This document shows positions 1 through 12,429 of a DNA stretch of 64,000 nt, one piece after another. Within the stretch, counting starts at the first letter, position 1, and every line of letters starts with the position of its first letter. A model generated the notes under the pieces. The model was given only the letters and a program-made list of their open reading frames with translations, did no database searches and was not told the origin of the DNA. This DNA is from Malacoraja senta (Eukaryota): the NCBI GenBank assembly GCA_038087875.1, contig CM075989.1:8620001-8684000 (forward strand). Reading direction: 5' to 3'. A program made the position numbers and the translations under genes.

Positions 1-135
1 CTTTTCCTTTTTTCCTTTCTTCTCCCCACCCCCTATCAGTCTGAAGAAGGGTTTCGGCCCGAAACGTTACCTATTTCCTTCGCTCCATAGATGCTGCTGC
101 ACCCGCTGAGTTTCTCCAGCATTTTTGTGTACCTA
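1..135 (+). mobile_element. Penelope-derived short unit (pLTR-like) with minimal hammerhead ribozyme motif
   Basis: CTGAAGA(41-47)-A-GGGT TTCG GCCC-GAAACGTTAC(61-70), followed by the ctccatagatgctgc...gagtttctccagcatttttgt tail seen many times in the window. Confidence 0.65.
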
Positions 136-796
136 TAAACTATCTATTCTGGCTTATTGTGGTGAAAGGTGTGAATGGATTTCCAGTGTTCACCATGGTT
201 GTTGCCTTGAATTACTTTCCACTCTACCTCTCTCTTCACCTTTAAGATAGTTCCGAAAACCTATCAACTTACTTGTCCAAACTTCAGGGCACTCGACCAT
301 CTGTTTGATTAGATGTCAAAACGGTGAAAAGCTGAAACTCCACCACAAACATCTAGAGTTCACCAATTCACGTCTTATATCCCAACTTGTCTCATACATC
401 CCAGAAAGTTACCAACCAACCCACGTCACAAGGTTACTGCTAATTCTGTGATTTTTTTTTGCTGGTAATTTCTTCTGGAAGTCCATACAAACATCAGCAT
501 GGACATTCTACAGTCCTAATGACCTTCTCAGAAAATTCAGCGAGACCGGCTCTTCAAAGAACTGTCCAGGTACATAGATCCATTTGTAATAATGCAATTT
601 CTACCTTCCACCTTTAGTTAAAAAAAGGCATTTTCCAAACCAACTGTGTAATCTCTCAATATTCTGAATTTGCGATTACAAATTGCGATTACAAATGCAA
701 AAAAGACCAAGCCTGACATGAATATTGCTTTTTCTGACTGCATGTTTTTACTCACAACAGGCTTACAACAGAAAGCATCCTAAAAAGATTAATCTT

Positions 797-1318
797 CGCT
801 TGGTATGGCAATAGCTCTGCCCAAGACCGCAAGAACCTCCAGAGAGTAGTCGACACAGCCCAGTCTAACACATAAACCAGCCTCAACCCCACCCCTCCAT
901 TGACTCCATCTGCACTTCATGCTGTCTTGGGCAAGTGGCCAGCATTGTTAAGGACCAATCACACCCCGATCATTCTCTCTTCTCTGCTCTCCCATCAGGC
1001 AGAAGATCATGAGCTTGAAAGCACGTACCACTAGCTTCAAGGACAGCTTCTTCCCCACTGTTTGTTATCAGACTTTTGAAAGGACCGCTCATATGTCATG
1101 AATGTATTCCTGATCTTCCAATCCATCTCGCTGCGGAGCTTGCAATTTATCTTCACTGCACTTTCTCTGTAACTATAACACCATATTCTGCACTGTTTAT
1201 TTTCTCTTTTCCATTACCTGTATACATGTATGATATGGTCTGATATGGTCTACCCGGATAGCACCCAAAACAAAGCTTTTCACTGTATCTCAGTACAAGT
1301 GACAATAATAAACCAATA
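797..1318 (+). mobile_element. Degenerate Rex1/Babar-like LINE 3' fragment
   Basis: Encodes AWYGNSSAQDRKNLQRVV, homologous to VWYANCSAADRKALQRVV in ORF 30403-30867; ends in tttcactgta...gtgacaataataaa. Confidence 0.7.
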
Positions 1319-2252
1319 TTTGAAACACCCAATGGCAAATGGTGAAACATCAACAGAGGGTCATTTTCCTGTTCAACTTTGCAGAATGTAATGGTAAAAA
1401 ATACGAGGCACTTACTTGTTCATTCGGCACTGATCTTCTTGAACGAAGTCTAGGAAATGAGCCTACAAGAAAATTTCTAGAATTATTAAAATGGAACAAC
1501 TTCATTGATGATACCAAATTCTACCCCATCACCCTTCTTCACACTTGCAATTGATGCAAAGGCTTCACTTTTCCATTTCTGAATTTGAAATCCTATGTTG
1601 CACTTTCTATAAACAGAACTGAATTTATTTCTATTTCAACTGGTTGGAAAGCCGTTTGGTACCGAAAGCTAAAGTTTCTGATCTGCTGTCAGTGCGATAT
1701 CCTATCTCTGGGGTGCCATCACTCTTCATCATTAGATTTGTAACACCTTCAAATAAGTGCAGTCTACAAGCTATGGTCAGATGAAACCATTAACCACACC
1801 CTTTTCAAACTTCTTCAAGGTATGGTCAGATGAAATCATTAACTACATCCTTTCTACCCTTCTGTAATGTGTTTCCATTCATCATCTGTCCCTTAACATT
1901 TTCCTATTCACACTTTCCACTATCTCCTGTCTCTCCATGTCCCTTCTGAAGTGCGAGGACATAACGTATGATGGATGATTTGACCGCTACATTATGCAGG
2001 CTCACTAGCAGGTGAACGGATTGCTGTTCAAGAGATCTGCTGTGTCCTGGGTTTAAAAAGAGACCTTCAATCCTTTGCCTTTGCCGAGCAATTCAATTGC
2101 ATAGAGCTGCTTATTTTGATGTTGTACAATGGAAAATTGATTTGTTTTCTAGTGTCTAACACGATTGTAGCCATTTCCAGGTGCCCTGCCCAATGTGCAG
2201 CCAGTGATCATCTCCCAGTCCTGCTCCTCGTCTTCCCACAAACAAACTGTAA

Positions 2253-2442
2253 AGGGCCTGTCCCACTTACGCAACCTTTTCGGCGACTGCCGGCACCCGT
2301 CATAGGTTGCCGAAAAGTTTCAACATGTTGAAAATTCAGCGGCGACCAGAAAGATGCTACGACTCTTTGGGTGACTAGGAGACCTCTCACGACCATACAG
2401 GCGACCTCCTGGCGACATGTCCCCTGGTGACACCCCGCGACA
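2253..2442. mobile_element. PIF/Harbinger-type MITE family A, truncated on the right
   Basis: TAA then AGGGCCTGTCCCACT, identical to the TIR at 23894 and 41667; repeated GGCGAC motifs; second TIR missing. Confidence 0.75.
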
Positions 2443-3067
2443 GTGTAACCAAGAATGACAAATGATAAACACCTTCAGAACTACTATTCCATCAGCAAAC
2501 AAGCATATTACAGCTGATATACAGCAGCAGGGCAGCTGAACAAAAAGATTGCTGGCTCAGTTCGCGCTCGATACCATAAGGTATGCTTTGTCAAGTATTC
2601 TTTAATACATTCGGATTTACAAAGTATTTTGTCACACTTTTTTTAGCCATAAGGTGATATTCTATCTTCAAATCTCAAACTTTCTGGCAGCCTATTCTCC
2701 TCTGCGTAAAGCACTTAAACCTCTATTGTCTGTTCATCTTCCCATTTCTGAAGATATAAATCCAAGCCCTTTATCATCATGATGGCAATCCTCTGGGAGG
2801 GAGGACTTTATAGAAAATATTCTTGCACCAGTGTTGTGGACCAAATTGAATTTAGCTTTTCAATAACATATATTTCACTGCTTAAAAATTACTCTGTCAA
2901 GAGAAACAATTGGAACAATATCTTCTCTTGTTGCATGTATTGTATTGTGAACATCGTGGAAAGTTGTTTCGTGACTACTGTTCTTACCAACTTAAGCAAG
3001 GAAATCTTCCTGCCTGTTGACACTTCAAAGGCATATAATAATGAAATATGTGAAACGTATCTGGGAA

Positions 3068-3500
3068 TCCTTCTCCGTGCATTGTCACCTGGTCGTGATG
3101 GAGAAGCTTGTGTGGACCTGAGATCCTGAGAGCGATACCGCCTGGAGCCATGCTCCTGGTATGGCCACCCATGGCGGTAAGGTCAAGGGGGGAGGTCTCT
3201 GACAAAGAGCAATCCAACCAAGACCTCAGCGGTGGAATAGGCGGAGGACGATGGCTGACCTCTGCTGCAGCCTTCATCCGCCGTCATAACAGCTGGGAAG
3301 GCGGATGAAAGCTGCAGCAGAAAAGGGTATCCGGTCGTCTTGGACTCCATGCCATTGGATCCTGACCAAGATCTGTCAAGGATTGTCTGTGAACCAGTCT
3401 CCCCACGTTAAACAACGTCACGCACAGGCGTCCTCCATATAGGGAATAGCACCCTGGAGACACCCATGGTCAGCCACGACCGAAGGGGGCCTAAAGTAAA
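3068..3500 (+). mobile_element. RTE-clade (Rex3/Expander/BovB-like) non-autonomous short element, 5'UTR-derived
   Basis: gagccatgc...tatggccacccatggcggtaaggtc...ctgacaaagagc resembles recalled RTE 5'UTRs; ends in ctaaagtaa; flanked by tatctg(g/a)gaa at 3058-3067 and 3502-3511 (candidate TSD). Confidence 0.6.
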
Positions 3501-3964
3501 ATATCTGAGAAGAGACTAGTATAAACGGGGCATGTTGGGCCGAAGGGTCTGATCCACACTCTATGACAATATATATATATATATATATTTATTTATTTTT
3601 ATTGGTGAACTTGATAAATATTAATAGAAGTTAATTGTTGTTGCTTTTGAGTTATGGAATCATCCAATGTGTAAATTTATTATTCAGAAATCCTTTTTTT
3701 TTTAAAACACATTTATTGGCCATAGTCCATCAGAAGTAATTATTAATATGTATTATTTGTATCACTATGACATCCGTCCATTATGTTAATTGATTCAATG
3801 AGGTTTTAGCTTGTCAAATAATTATCTCCTGAATTCAGTACTATTATTGGGTGGAAACTGGTCATTGGCTTATTTAATGCATTTTAGGTCATAAAATATG
3901 TCTAAGTGTTTTACAGGAGCAACATCAGGGAAAAGTTGATGCCAAACTACACGGGGAAACAATA

Positions 3965-4478
3965 AGAGGATTTCAGTACATGAGCAGGGATGTCATGTAG
4001 TCGCTGCTCAGGGTCTTGCTCGGACCCCCTCTGGAACTTTGTGTGCAGTTTAGGTCTCCTTATCTAACTTAGAATGTATTTGCCAGATTACTGGATTAAA
4101 TTATTGGGATAGCAATAAAGACTGGGTCAATTAGGCATTATTTATTGGTGTTTTGGAATAATGAAGGGGAGGTCTCATAACATCATAGAAATTGATAGGT
4201 TTAGAAGCAGAGATCACAGCTTCAGGACATGGCTAATGCCCTTCAGAAATAAGATCAGAAGTTTATACACCCAGAAGAGAGAGAACCGGTGGAATTCCCA
4301 ATTACAAAAGGCTATGGAGCCAAGTCATTAGACATATTCAAGAAGGAATTGGATATAATTCTTAAGACTAAAGTGACTATGTGTAATGAATAAGGCAGCC
4401 ATGGTCATATTAAATAGCGCAGCTGGCCTGAAGGTCTGACTGTCCTACTCCTGCTGCTACTTTCCATGTTTCTATGGC
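3965..4478 (+). mobile_element. Old, degenerate CR1-like LINE 3' end
   Basis: Diverged match to the CR1 3' region at 5860-6465 (tgtgcagttt.ggtctcc, tggaattc, cctactcctgct). Confidence 0.6.
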
Positions 4479-5221
4479 ATGATGGGAGATTACTGAAAAG
4501 TTTATTCATTGAGATTTTTTGTTTAAAAGGGGTCTTGGTACAGAGGCAGAGGTTAATAATTTCCATTACTTAGGGCAGAATAGCTGAAGAGCTGGTCATG
4601 ATGAAGTGGACGTGATGGTAAATTCACTAATTACCGCCATGGAGGAGAGGATTAATCTGACGATGAGGATTGGGCTGAGGTGGGAATAAGTGAACAGAAA
4701 CTCGCAGGAATCGTTTGCTGTTTTGACATCTGACAGTGTTTTTCTGAAACTGGCATGATACCAAGAAATGAAGGTGCACTCTGCACACAACTCAAAGGCC
4801 ATCTTATTTAAAGAATATCTTTTTGACCGAATTTTACACTGAATGGAAAATACAAATATTTCTATACAAAGTGCAGTTAACACATCAACTATAATTCAAC
4901 ATTGTATTAAACAGTTTTCCTTCTTTCAACTCTTGGCATTGAAGAAAAAGATTAAATTTGGAAAATAAAAATGCCTTTGAGTTCCTTATAAAAGCTGAAA
5001 AATAATAATTGCAGATGTTATGTGCATCTTTTTTGCAACAAGTGGAAACCATGAAGAAAATATAAGCCCACACTGACTCACATTGTAATAAGAACAGGGC
5101 TGTGTACAGCCCACATTAAAAATAAATATGGTACCTTAAAGAACTCTAGAGTACAAAGAATAGGAATGAGGTTGGTTCAGAGATTATTGGCTTAAGTGAA
5201 TTATTGAATTTTTGTGTCATA

Positions 5222-6465
5222 CTGATGGATAGAAAATTGGTTGGCAGGCAGGAAACAAAGAGTAGGGATCAACGGGTTCCTTTCAGAATGGCAGGCAGTG
5301 ACTAGTGGGGTATCGCAAGGTTCGGTGGAATGGGTGGAACCGCAGCTATTTACAATATACATTAATGATTTAGATGAAGGGATTAAAAGTAACATTAGCA
5401 AATTTGCAGATGACACAAATCTGGGTGGCAGTGTGAACTGTGAGGAGAATGCTCTGAGGATGCAGGGTGACTTGGACAGGTTGTGTGAGTGGGCAGATGC
5501 ATGGCAGATGCAGTTTAATGTAGATAAATCTGAGGTTATCCACTTTGGTGGCAAAAACAGGAAGGCAGATTATTATCTGAATTGTGTCAAGTTAGGAAAA
5601 GGGGAAGTACAACGGGATCTGGGTGTCCTTGTTCATCAGCCACTGAAAGTAAGCATGCAGGTGCAGCAGGCAGTGAAGAAGGCAAGAGACAAGATAAGAG
5701 ATAAGAGACATTTATTGTCACGTACCAATTGGTACAGTGAAATATGTGGTCACCATACAGCCATACAAATAAAAAAGAGCACAGAACACGATAATCATTA
5801 ACATAGACATCCCCACACAGCAGCTAATGGCATGTTGGCCTTCATAACAAGAGGAGTTGAGTATAGGAGCAAAGAGGTCCTTCTGTAGTTGTACAGGGCC
5901 CCAGTGAGACCACACCTAGAGTATTGTGTGCAGTTTTGGTCTCCAAATTTGATGAAGTACATTCTTGCTATTGAGGGAGTGCAGCGTAGGTTCACGAGGT
6001 TAATTCCCAGGATAGCGGGACTGACATATGTTTGAAAGAATGGAGTGACTGTGCTTGTATACACTGGAATTTAGAAGGATGAGAGGGTATCTTATTGAAA
6101 CATATAAGATTATTAAGGGATTGGACACGCTAGAGGCAGGAAACATGTTCCCGATGTTGGGGGAATCCAGAACCAGGGGCCACAGTTTAAGAATAAAGCC
6201 ATTTAGAATGGAGATGAGGAAAAACTTGTTCACCCAAAGAGTTGTGAATTTGTGGAATTCTCTGCCTCAGAAGGCAGTGGAGGCCAATTCTCTGGATGCT
6301 TTCAAGAGGGAGTTAGATAGAGCTCTTAAAGATAGCGGAGTCAAGGGATATGGGGAGAAGGCAGGAACGTGGTACTGATTGTGGATGATCAGCCATGATC
6401 ACAGTGAATGGCGGTGCTGGCTCGAAGGGCCGAATGGCCTACTCCTGAACCTATGGTCTATTGTC
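5222..6465 (+). mobile_element. CR1 (HER1-like) LINE, 5'-truncated, RT C-terminal half plus 3'UTR; disrupted
   Basis: ORF 5241-5801 has SGVSQGS, LFTIYINDL and KFADDT; ORF 6055-6378 has RTRGHSLRI and RVVNLWNSLP; internal stops/frameshifts; interrupted at about 5684-5821 by an antisense LINE 3' tail. Confidence 0.92.
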
Positions 6466-6902
6466 TTGCATTCTATGGCTATAGCTACATCTCATTTGCA
6501 ATCTGCACTTCAATCATCTACTTCCAATCATTATCTTGGTTGCTATTATAGGGGAATAAGAATTTAAAGCAATAAAGTACTGTCCATGATGAACTATCTG
6601 GCACTGATATGAAAACTGCAATTTAAGGTGATGAAGGAAGAAGAGATTGAATTTCAACGATATAAATACAATACTCAAAATGTATTGATTGGTAGACGGG
6701 TCATCCACAGGACATGGCTGTATTCAGTCCTTGTGAACTGTTTGTAGCCCAAACAATTTGCAGGTTGGAAATGTGACTGCAAGGCAAGTTCTTGCATGGC
6801 AGTGGATGCCTGCAATCCCACAACAGCTGGCAAATCCATCCCTCCGGTCTCCCAAACCATGTTCCTATGTACCAGCTGTACATAAGTCATGAGTTTGTAA
6901 AC

Positions 6903-7040
6903 CATAGAAACATAGAAACATAGAAAATAAGTGCAGGAGGAGGCCATTCGGCCCTTCGAGCCAGCACCGCCATTCATTATGATCATGGCTGATCATCCCC
7001 AATCAATAACCCGTGCCTGCCTTCTCCCCATATCCCTTGA
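6903..7040 (-). mobile_element. CR1 3' terminal fragment
   Basis: (catagaaa)n tail then gtgcaggaggaggccattcggccc, the reverse complement of the 3'UTR at 6360-6460. Confidence 0.8.
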
Positions 7041-7359
7041 GAGGACATGTACTGAGAATGCCCATGCATTAGTACAACGCCAGAGATGATTCAGCTAACT
7101 GAGATCCATGAGAGATGTTTAGAGTTATCAACATCTAAAAATCAAGACAAAAAGTATGTAGGGTAATGGATGAGGAAGACAACGCATTGCTACAGCAATG
7201 TGAAAACATATTGATCATTAACTTTGTGGGGAAAGAGGGAGAACATTTAGAATTTGTGATGTCACTCAATCAACTTGCCCGTGTAAAGATGACACTTTGT
7301 AAATGGTTAATGACTTTGTCCAGAGTTCAGAGAATCTATCAGTATGAGAAGTGATAAGT

Positions 7360-8390
7360 AGTCATAGAATGGTTACAACACTGGAGAGGCCATAGGACCC
7401 AACATGTCCATGTTGACTCTCTCCCAGCGCAATTCTCTAATTTCACTTCTGCCTTCCATATCATTAATATGTTCTTTGTGATCATGCAAATGTTTTCCCT
7501 ACCATATATTTATCCAATTCTCTCCTTGAGGACACACTGAAACCCATCTTGACCACACCAGCAGGCAGTGCAATCTAAATTCCAACCACACGTTGGGTTT
7601 TTCTCTTCTTCTTTGTTTGATATCATTGCCTCTAATCCTTAACCCATCTACTAAAGTAACAGCTTCCCAATATCCATTCCGTCGAGACCCTCATTATTTT
7701 ATGTATTTCTATCAAATCACCACTCAACATTTTCTTTAACAAATAAAATGGTCTCAGCCTCTCTAATCTACCCTTGTAAACTATGACAGCGATCATCCTT
7801 GTAAGTCATTTCTGGATCCTCTCTAATAATTTTGCATCCTTCCTATAATGTGGCAACGAGAATTGAATATAATATTCTTGTTGAGGTCAGACCAGTGGCT
7901 TACAAAGATTTGGCATAATCTCCATGATTTTATATTCTATTCCTTTATTGATAAAGCTTAGAATTGTGTCTGCCTTATTAACTGCTTTCTTAACCACTCT
8001 CCCTCCATAACTCTATATGGTCTCTCCTCATTTTTTCTAACAAAATACATCACCTCACATTTCATCATACTGACCTTCATCTACCTTGTATCCACCCATT
8101 CCACCTGCCCATTGTTATCCTGTTACAATCTATCACCATCTTATTCACAGTTCACAATATTGCCAGTGTGTTGAATTGTCTACAGATTTAGAAATTGTGA
8201 GTTGCAACCCAATATCAAAATCATTAATATAGTTCAAAAAAGCAATGGAGCCAATCTCTGGAATATACAACTATTTACCTTTTTCTGAGAAACAACCATC
8301 TGTTGCTTGTTACTTAGTAAACTTCATATCTGTGACATCAACTTCCTTTTAATGCTGTGTGCTTCAATCTTGCTGCACTTATGATTCCAT
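7360..8390 (-). mobile_element. Old degenerate CR1-like LINE fragment
   Basis: Patchy antisense similarity to CR1 ORF2/3'UTR (gtcatagaat, tcattaatat, tcattttctgg...ccttcctataatgtgg). Confidence 0.5.
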
Positions 8391-11300
8391 TGAAAAACTT
8401 GCTGTAGTTTATCTGTGGACAATGCAATGCTGTTCAAAGAGAAGGCCTTTGATCTATGCAGTCATTATGAAACCCCATAATGGATCTGCCCATTCTCCCA
8501 CCCAATGCTCATCAATCTCATGGTAAAGGGGAAAAAAAAACAAGCTAATCGTCGACTACGTTTTACTTGAAAACACTGACTCTTTCTAGCACCTTGATGA
8601 TGTTTGGGTGTGGGCTTGTTGGAACCAGATTGTATAGTTGAATGGCAAGCATGGGAAATGTTCCATATTGTCAGGTAGATGCCAGTGAATGTAAATGCGC
8701 TTGATCTGCTTGCCTTGGGTCATGGGTAGTTCTGGACTTGTCTTCAGCATCAGTTAAGCTATCATTGAGGCTTATATGCTTTGCTATGTACAGTGGTCTG
8801 AGTCATCTATTGATGTCCTGTGGACTGAATCAATTTGGCTAAAAACCTGCACTCAACATTTCAATTGCAAATTTATGAGAATCTTTACTCAAGTCTCTGA
8901 CCATGATCACTGTTGACTAATTGTCATAGGATTCCTGAGCTTTGACCTAATCTGTTGTGCATGGAGTCACTTAGATCTATCGGTATTGTCCTGTTCTGCT
9001 GCATAGCTTACATATTACCCCAAGTTATAGATTTGCCACTTTAGCATCCGAGTCATTCTGTATTTAGTCTATAGAAATGCACAGAGTATTAAAAGTGGCT
9101 ATGAATCTGGGTTTGGAGTGATCCTCCTAACTTCCTGCTCTGGTTTAAATGACAAATCTATTTTGTGGAGAAGCTTGAATCAGAAGCAACAGCCTCTGGG
9201 CTCTGACATCCAGTGCAAATAATCTACTCTATAATTTCTATTTCACAGCATTTCTAGATGGCCAGTACAGATGTGAAAATAATTGGGAATAGATCCATAA
9301 TACCATTTCTCATCTATCTAGCACATTCTGTACATATAAGGGAAATTGGGGATGGCAAACACCAAATTGAAACAGGTGGCAGCTTCATTAAAATGTTTAA
9401 AGAAGCTTGTTAATGTACTGGATGTAATTTGACATTTTTGCACGCAGGACATTCATTGATAATCATACCCCTAAATAATGGCTTTCTGGAGTTGAAGAGG
9501 AATGAACACTGGTTCATTAAAAGGGCAGAGTTTTTCTTAATGTACTAGGGACGTAACCTCACCAAACCTGCAAAGATACTATCAATTGTATCCTAATTGC
9601 AGCTCTTATCGGTGCAGCAAATAGCAATACAGGACTTCATTGGACTTCAACCATTTATTTTGGATAAGCAGCAATGCAATAAATGGGGACAAGGCTGTGG
9701 AACTAGGGAAAGCATCTGCCTTGTCATCAGTTTTCTCGTGAGCATCTCCTTTCATTGCACTTCGGTCTATGAGTTCTTAGATTTACTTCACTAAACTGAA
9801 ATGAGTGGAAAAGCCACTTCAGTTGTTCATCAATCTGAGCTGACCTATCCCTTGTTCAAGCAATTCTCTTTAAGATCCTCAGTTCTGTCTTCAATGAATT
9901 CATATCCATCAAAATAAAAATACTCGCACTTGTCTTTAAATACTTCAATAGCTCCATTCCTTTTCTGCAACCAACCTCCACCAGCATTCATTAATACTCT
10001 GACCCTGGCTTCTTGTAGTTTCCCCAAACTCTTCTTTTGACCCTTTCCAGCAGTTACAACTTAAACTTAACTCATCGTAGCCCTGCCAGAAATTCCCTCA
10101 CGACACCGCTCTACCCAATGCTCTGCCAACCTATTGAAACTTTTCCTAGACCATAACACAAAGCATTTGGTTAGCCCTGTTAAACTTCCCCTCTCTGAGT
10201 TCCTGCTTGCCAATTCCATTTGGTAACATCAGAACATTTTTCTTAATTTTAACAAATCTATAAAATGCAAATTCTGCTGTCCATAAATCTTTAAATTATT
10301 ATCACAACATTTCACATTCTCAGCAATAGTATATGCACCATAAAAAATATTCAAATCTCCATATGAACCTTTTGATTTGTATTTTAAAAGTACAGATATA
10401 ATATTTTATAAATAACAAAACAAGACTATTTGAAAATCTATCTTTACACAGTTTAAAATAAGTCAAAGTTATCAACCCAAGATAATTGTACAATTCAAAC
10501 TGCCAAATGTTGATCTAATTGCATCATAACCTATCTGGGGTTATGAATAAATTGTTTTTAAAATGCAAGATTTTAATTCCTGGTTTTAATTCAAGAGTTT
10601 GGTGCATGGTTATAATCAACTGGATCTTGGTTGATCTTCTCTGCAGCATACAGCACAGAAGGGTGGTGGAAAACTGTGAGAAAGAACTCAACACTGCCTA
10701 GGAATTATGGCAGAACAGAGAAAACAGCAGTAAATGGTGGCAATAGTTGAATTGAAGTTTATAATTGTTTTCTATTTCTATTTAACATCAGTTTTAACTC
10801 CCATTGTTGGTGCATAAACAAAAAAATATCCCCACCCAGTCACACTAACAGCTTGGAGTTCAATTTCACTTCAAAGTTCGGTTACACTAATTTCAATGGA
10901 ATTGAATTGTGGAAGTGGATGAGAAAGGTCTGCCTTAATGTTTATTGCTGTCAACCAGGGATAAACTACCAAATCATGACTTACAACAAAATGGTAACTT
11001 CATTGATCACCAATGCTTTTTATTTAATTGCATCAAAAGTAAATTCCCCAACTGCCCTTATATATATTTGAATTCAGGTCTCTGGGATCACAGGTCTAAA
11101 TTCCTTCAAAAGCCCAGTAACTTAATGACTCAACGTTATAGACAGTACTGAGGGACCAGCATTGAGCCAGAGCTTGAACGTTGAACTACGAAGATAGATT
11201 TTACATTCCCTTGTCTGTACAAGGTTAAGAAGTGATCTCATCAAGGTCTGTAAAAGGATAAAAGAGATTCCAAAGCAGAGAAATTAGATACTGTGGCAAA

Positions 11301-12429
11301 GGATTTCCAAATCAGCAAAAAATCGTCATACATCAAAGTTGCTTTCTGCATAGTGAAGATTTACTTCAGTTCAGAGCTGAACACGTTTAAAAACAACACA
11401 GTTTACACCCAGGACGCCAATATTTTAACACATTCCAAAGTATGAAACTTCATATTCATCCGAGTTGCCACATAATCTTCTTACCTTTTTAAATGTGCGA
11501 TTGACTTTAATTGTGGAATGGTCACGGTGCAAGGTAGATGTTCAGCATCAACATGGGTCTATTTAGATTAGACTGTCCCTTATACAGTGCAAGAGCCTGC
11601 CACTATAAATCTTATCATCACACCCACAGCATGTATGTGCTGTATCACCCCATGGCACGGGGCGGTGGGAGGGGAGGGTGGTGTAAACCTGTCTTCACAA
11701 ATAAATTAAATAGGTTGGTTTGATAGTTACAAACAATATACTTTGACTGTCAAATATCATTAAAAAACTTGCATTGCTTGTTGCATCAGTTTCTGCGACA
11801 ATTTCTTTGCAAGCTTATAAGGGTAAAATAGCATTAATTCCTCTTTCTTTTGGGCTCCAGTTTTGCTCTTGAAGTTTGTTTTTGGTGCTACAAAGCAGTT
11901 ACATCTCTCCAGCTTAAATAGTTAGTCTCCCACATAATTCTGGCTTGGAGTTCACAGGAGTTTTAAAGTACAACATCCGTGAACACACACAAAAATCTGA
12001 AGTGAACAAGACGTACCTTTAACGCTAGCTGAATGTGAAGAACAAGACCGGGCAAAGTTTTCATCCTGCCAAGTTCACGTTGGGTTTATTGCAGCCAATA
12101 ACATTTTCACTGTATAAAATAGGACATAAATGCTACAAATATGTCTGCCTATTGAACCCGTCAGTGCCCTGGAACCTACCCATACTTTGTGCTTTAAAGA
12201 CCACTAGTCGGCAGTAACCCAAGACCAAATCTTTTCAAGTCTGTCGTTCTTACATTTCTGTGTTCTGCTTCAGTTTGTTCACGGATGAGGTATGCAAGGG
12301 CTCAGTCAGCCCTGCAAGTTCATGAAGTCACAACTTTTCCCACAAAGGACTGTGATTTATTATTCTTTGTACATTGGTGTGCTGCAACAACACTAGGGGC
12401 AACCACCATTGTGGGATGAACTTGCCAGG

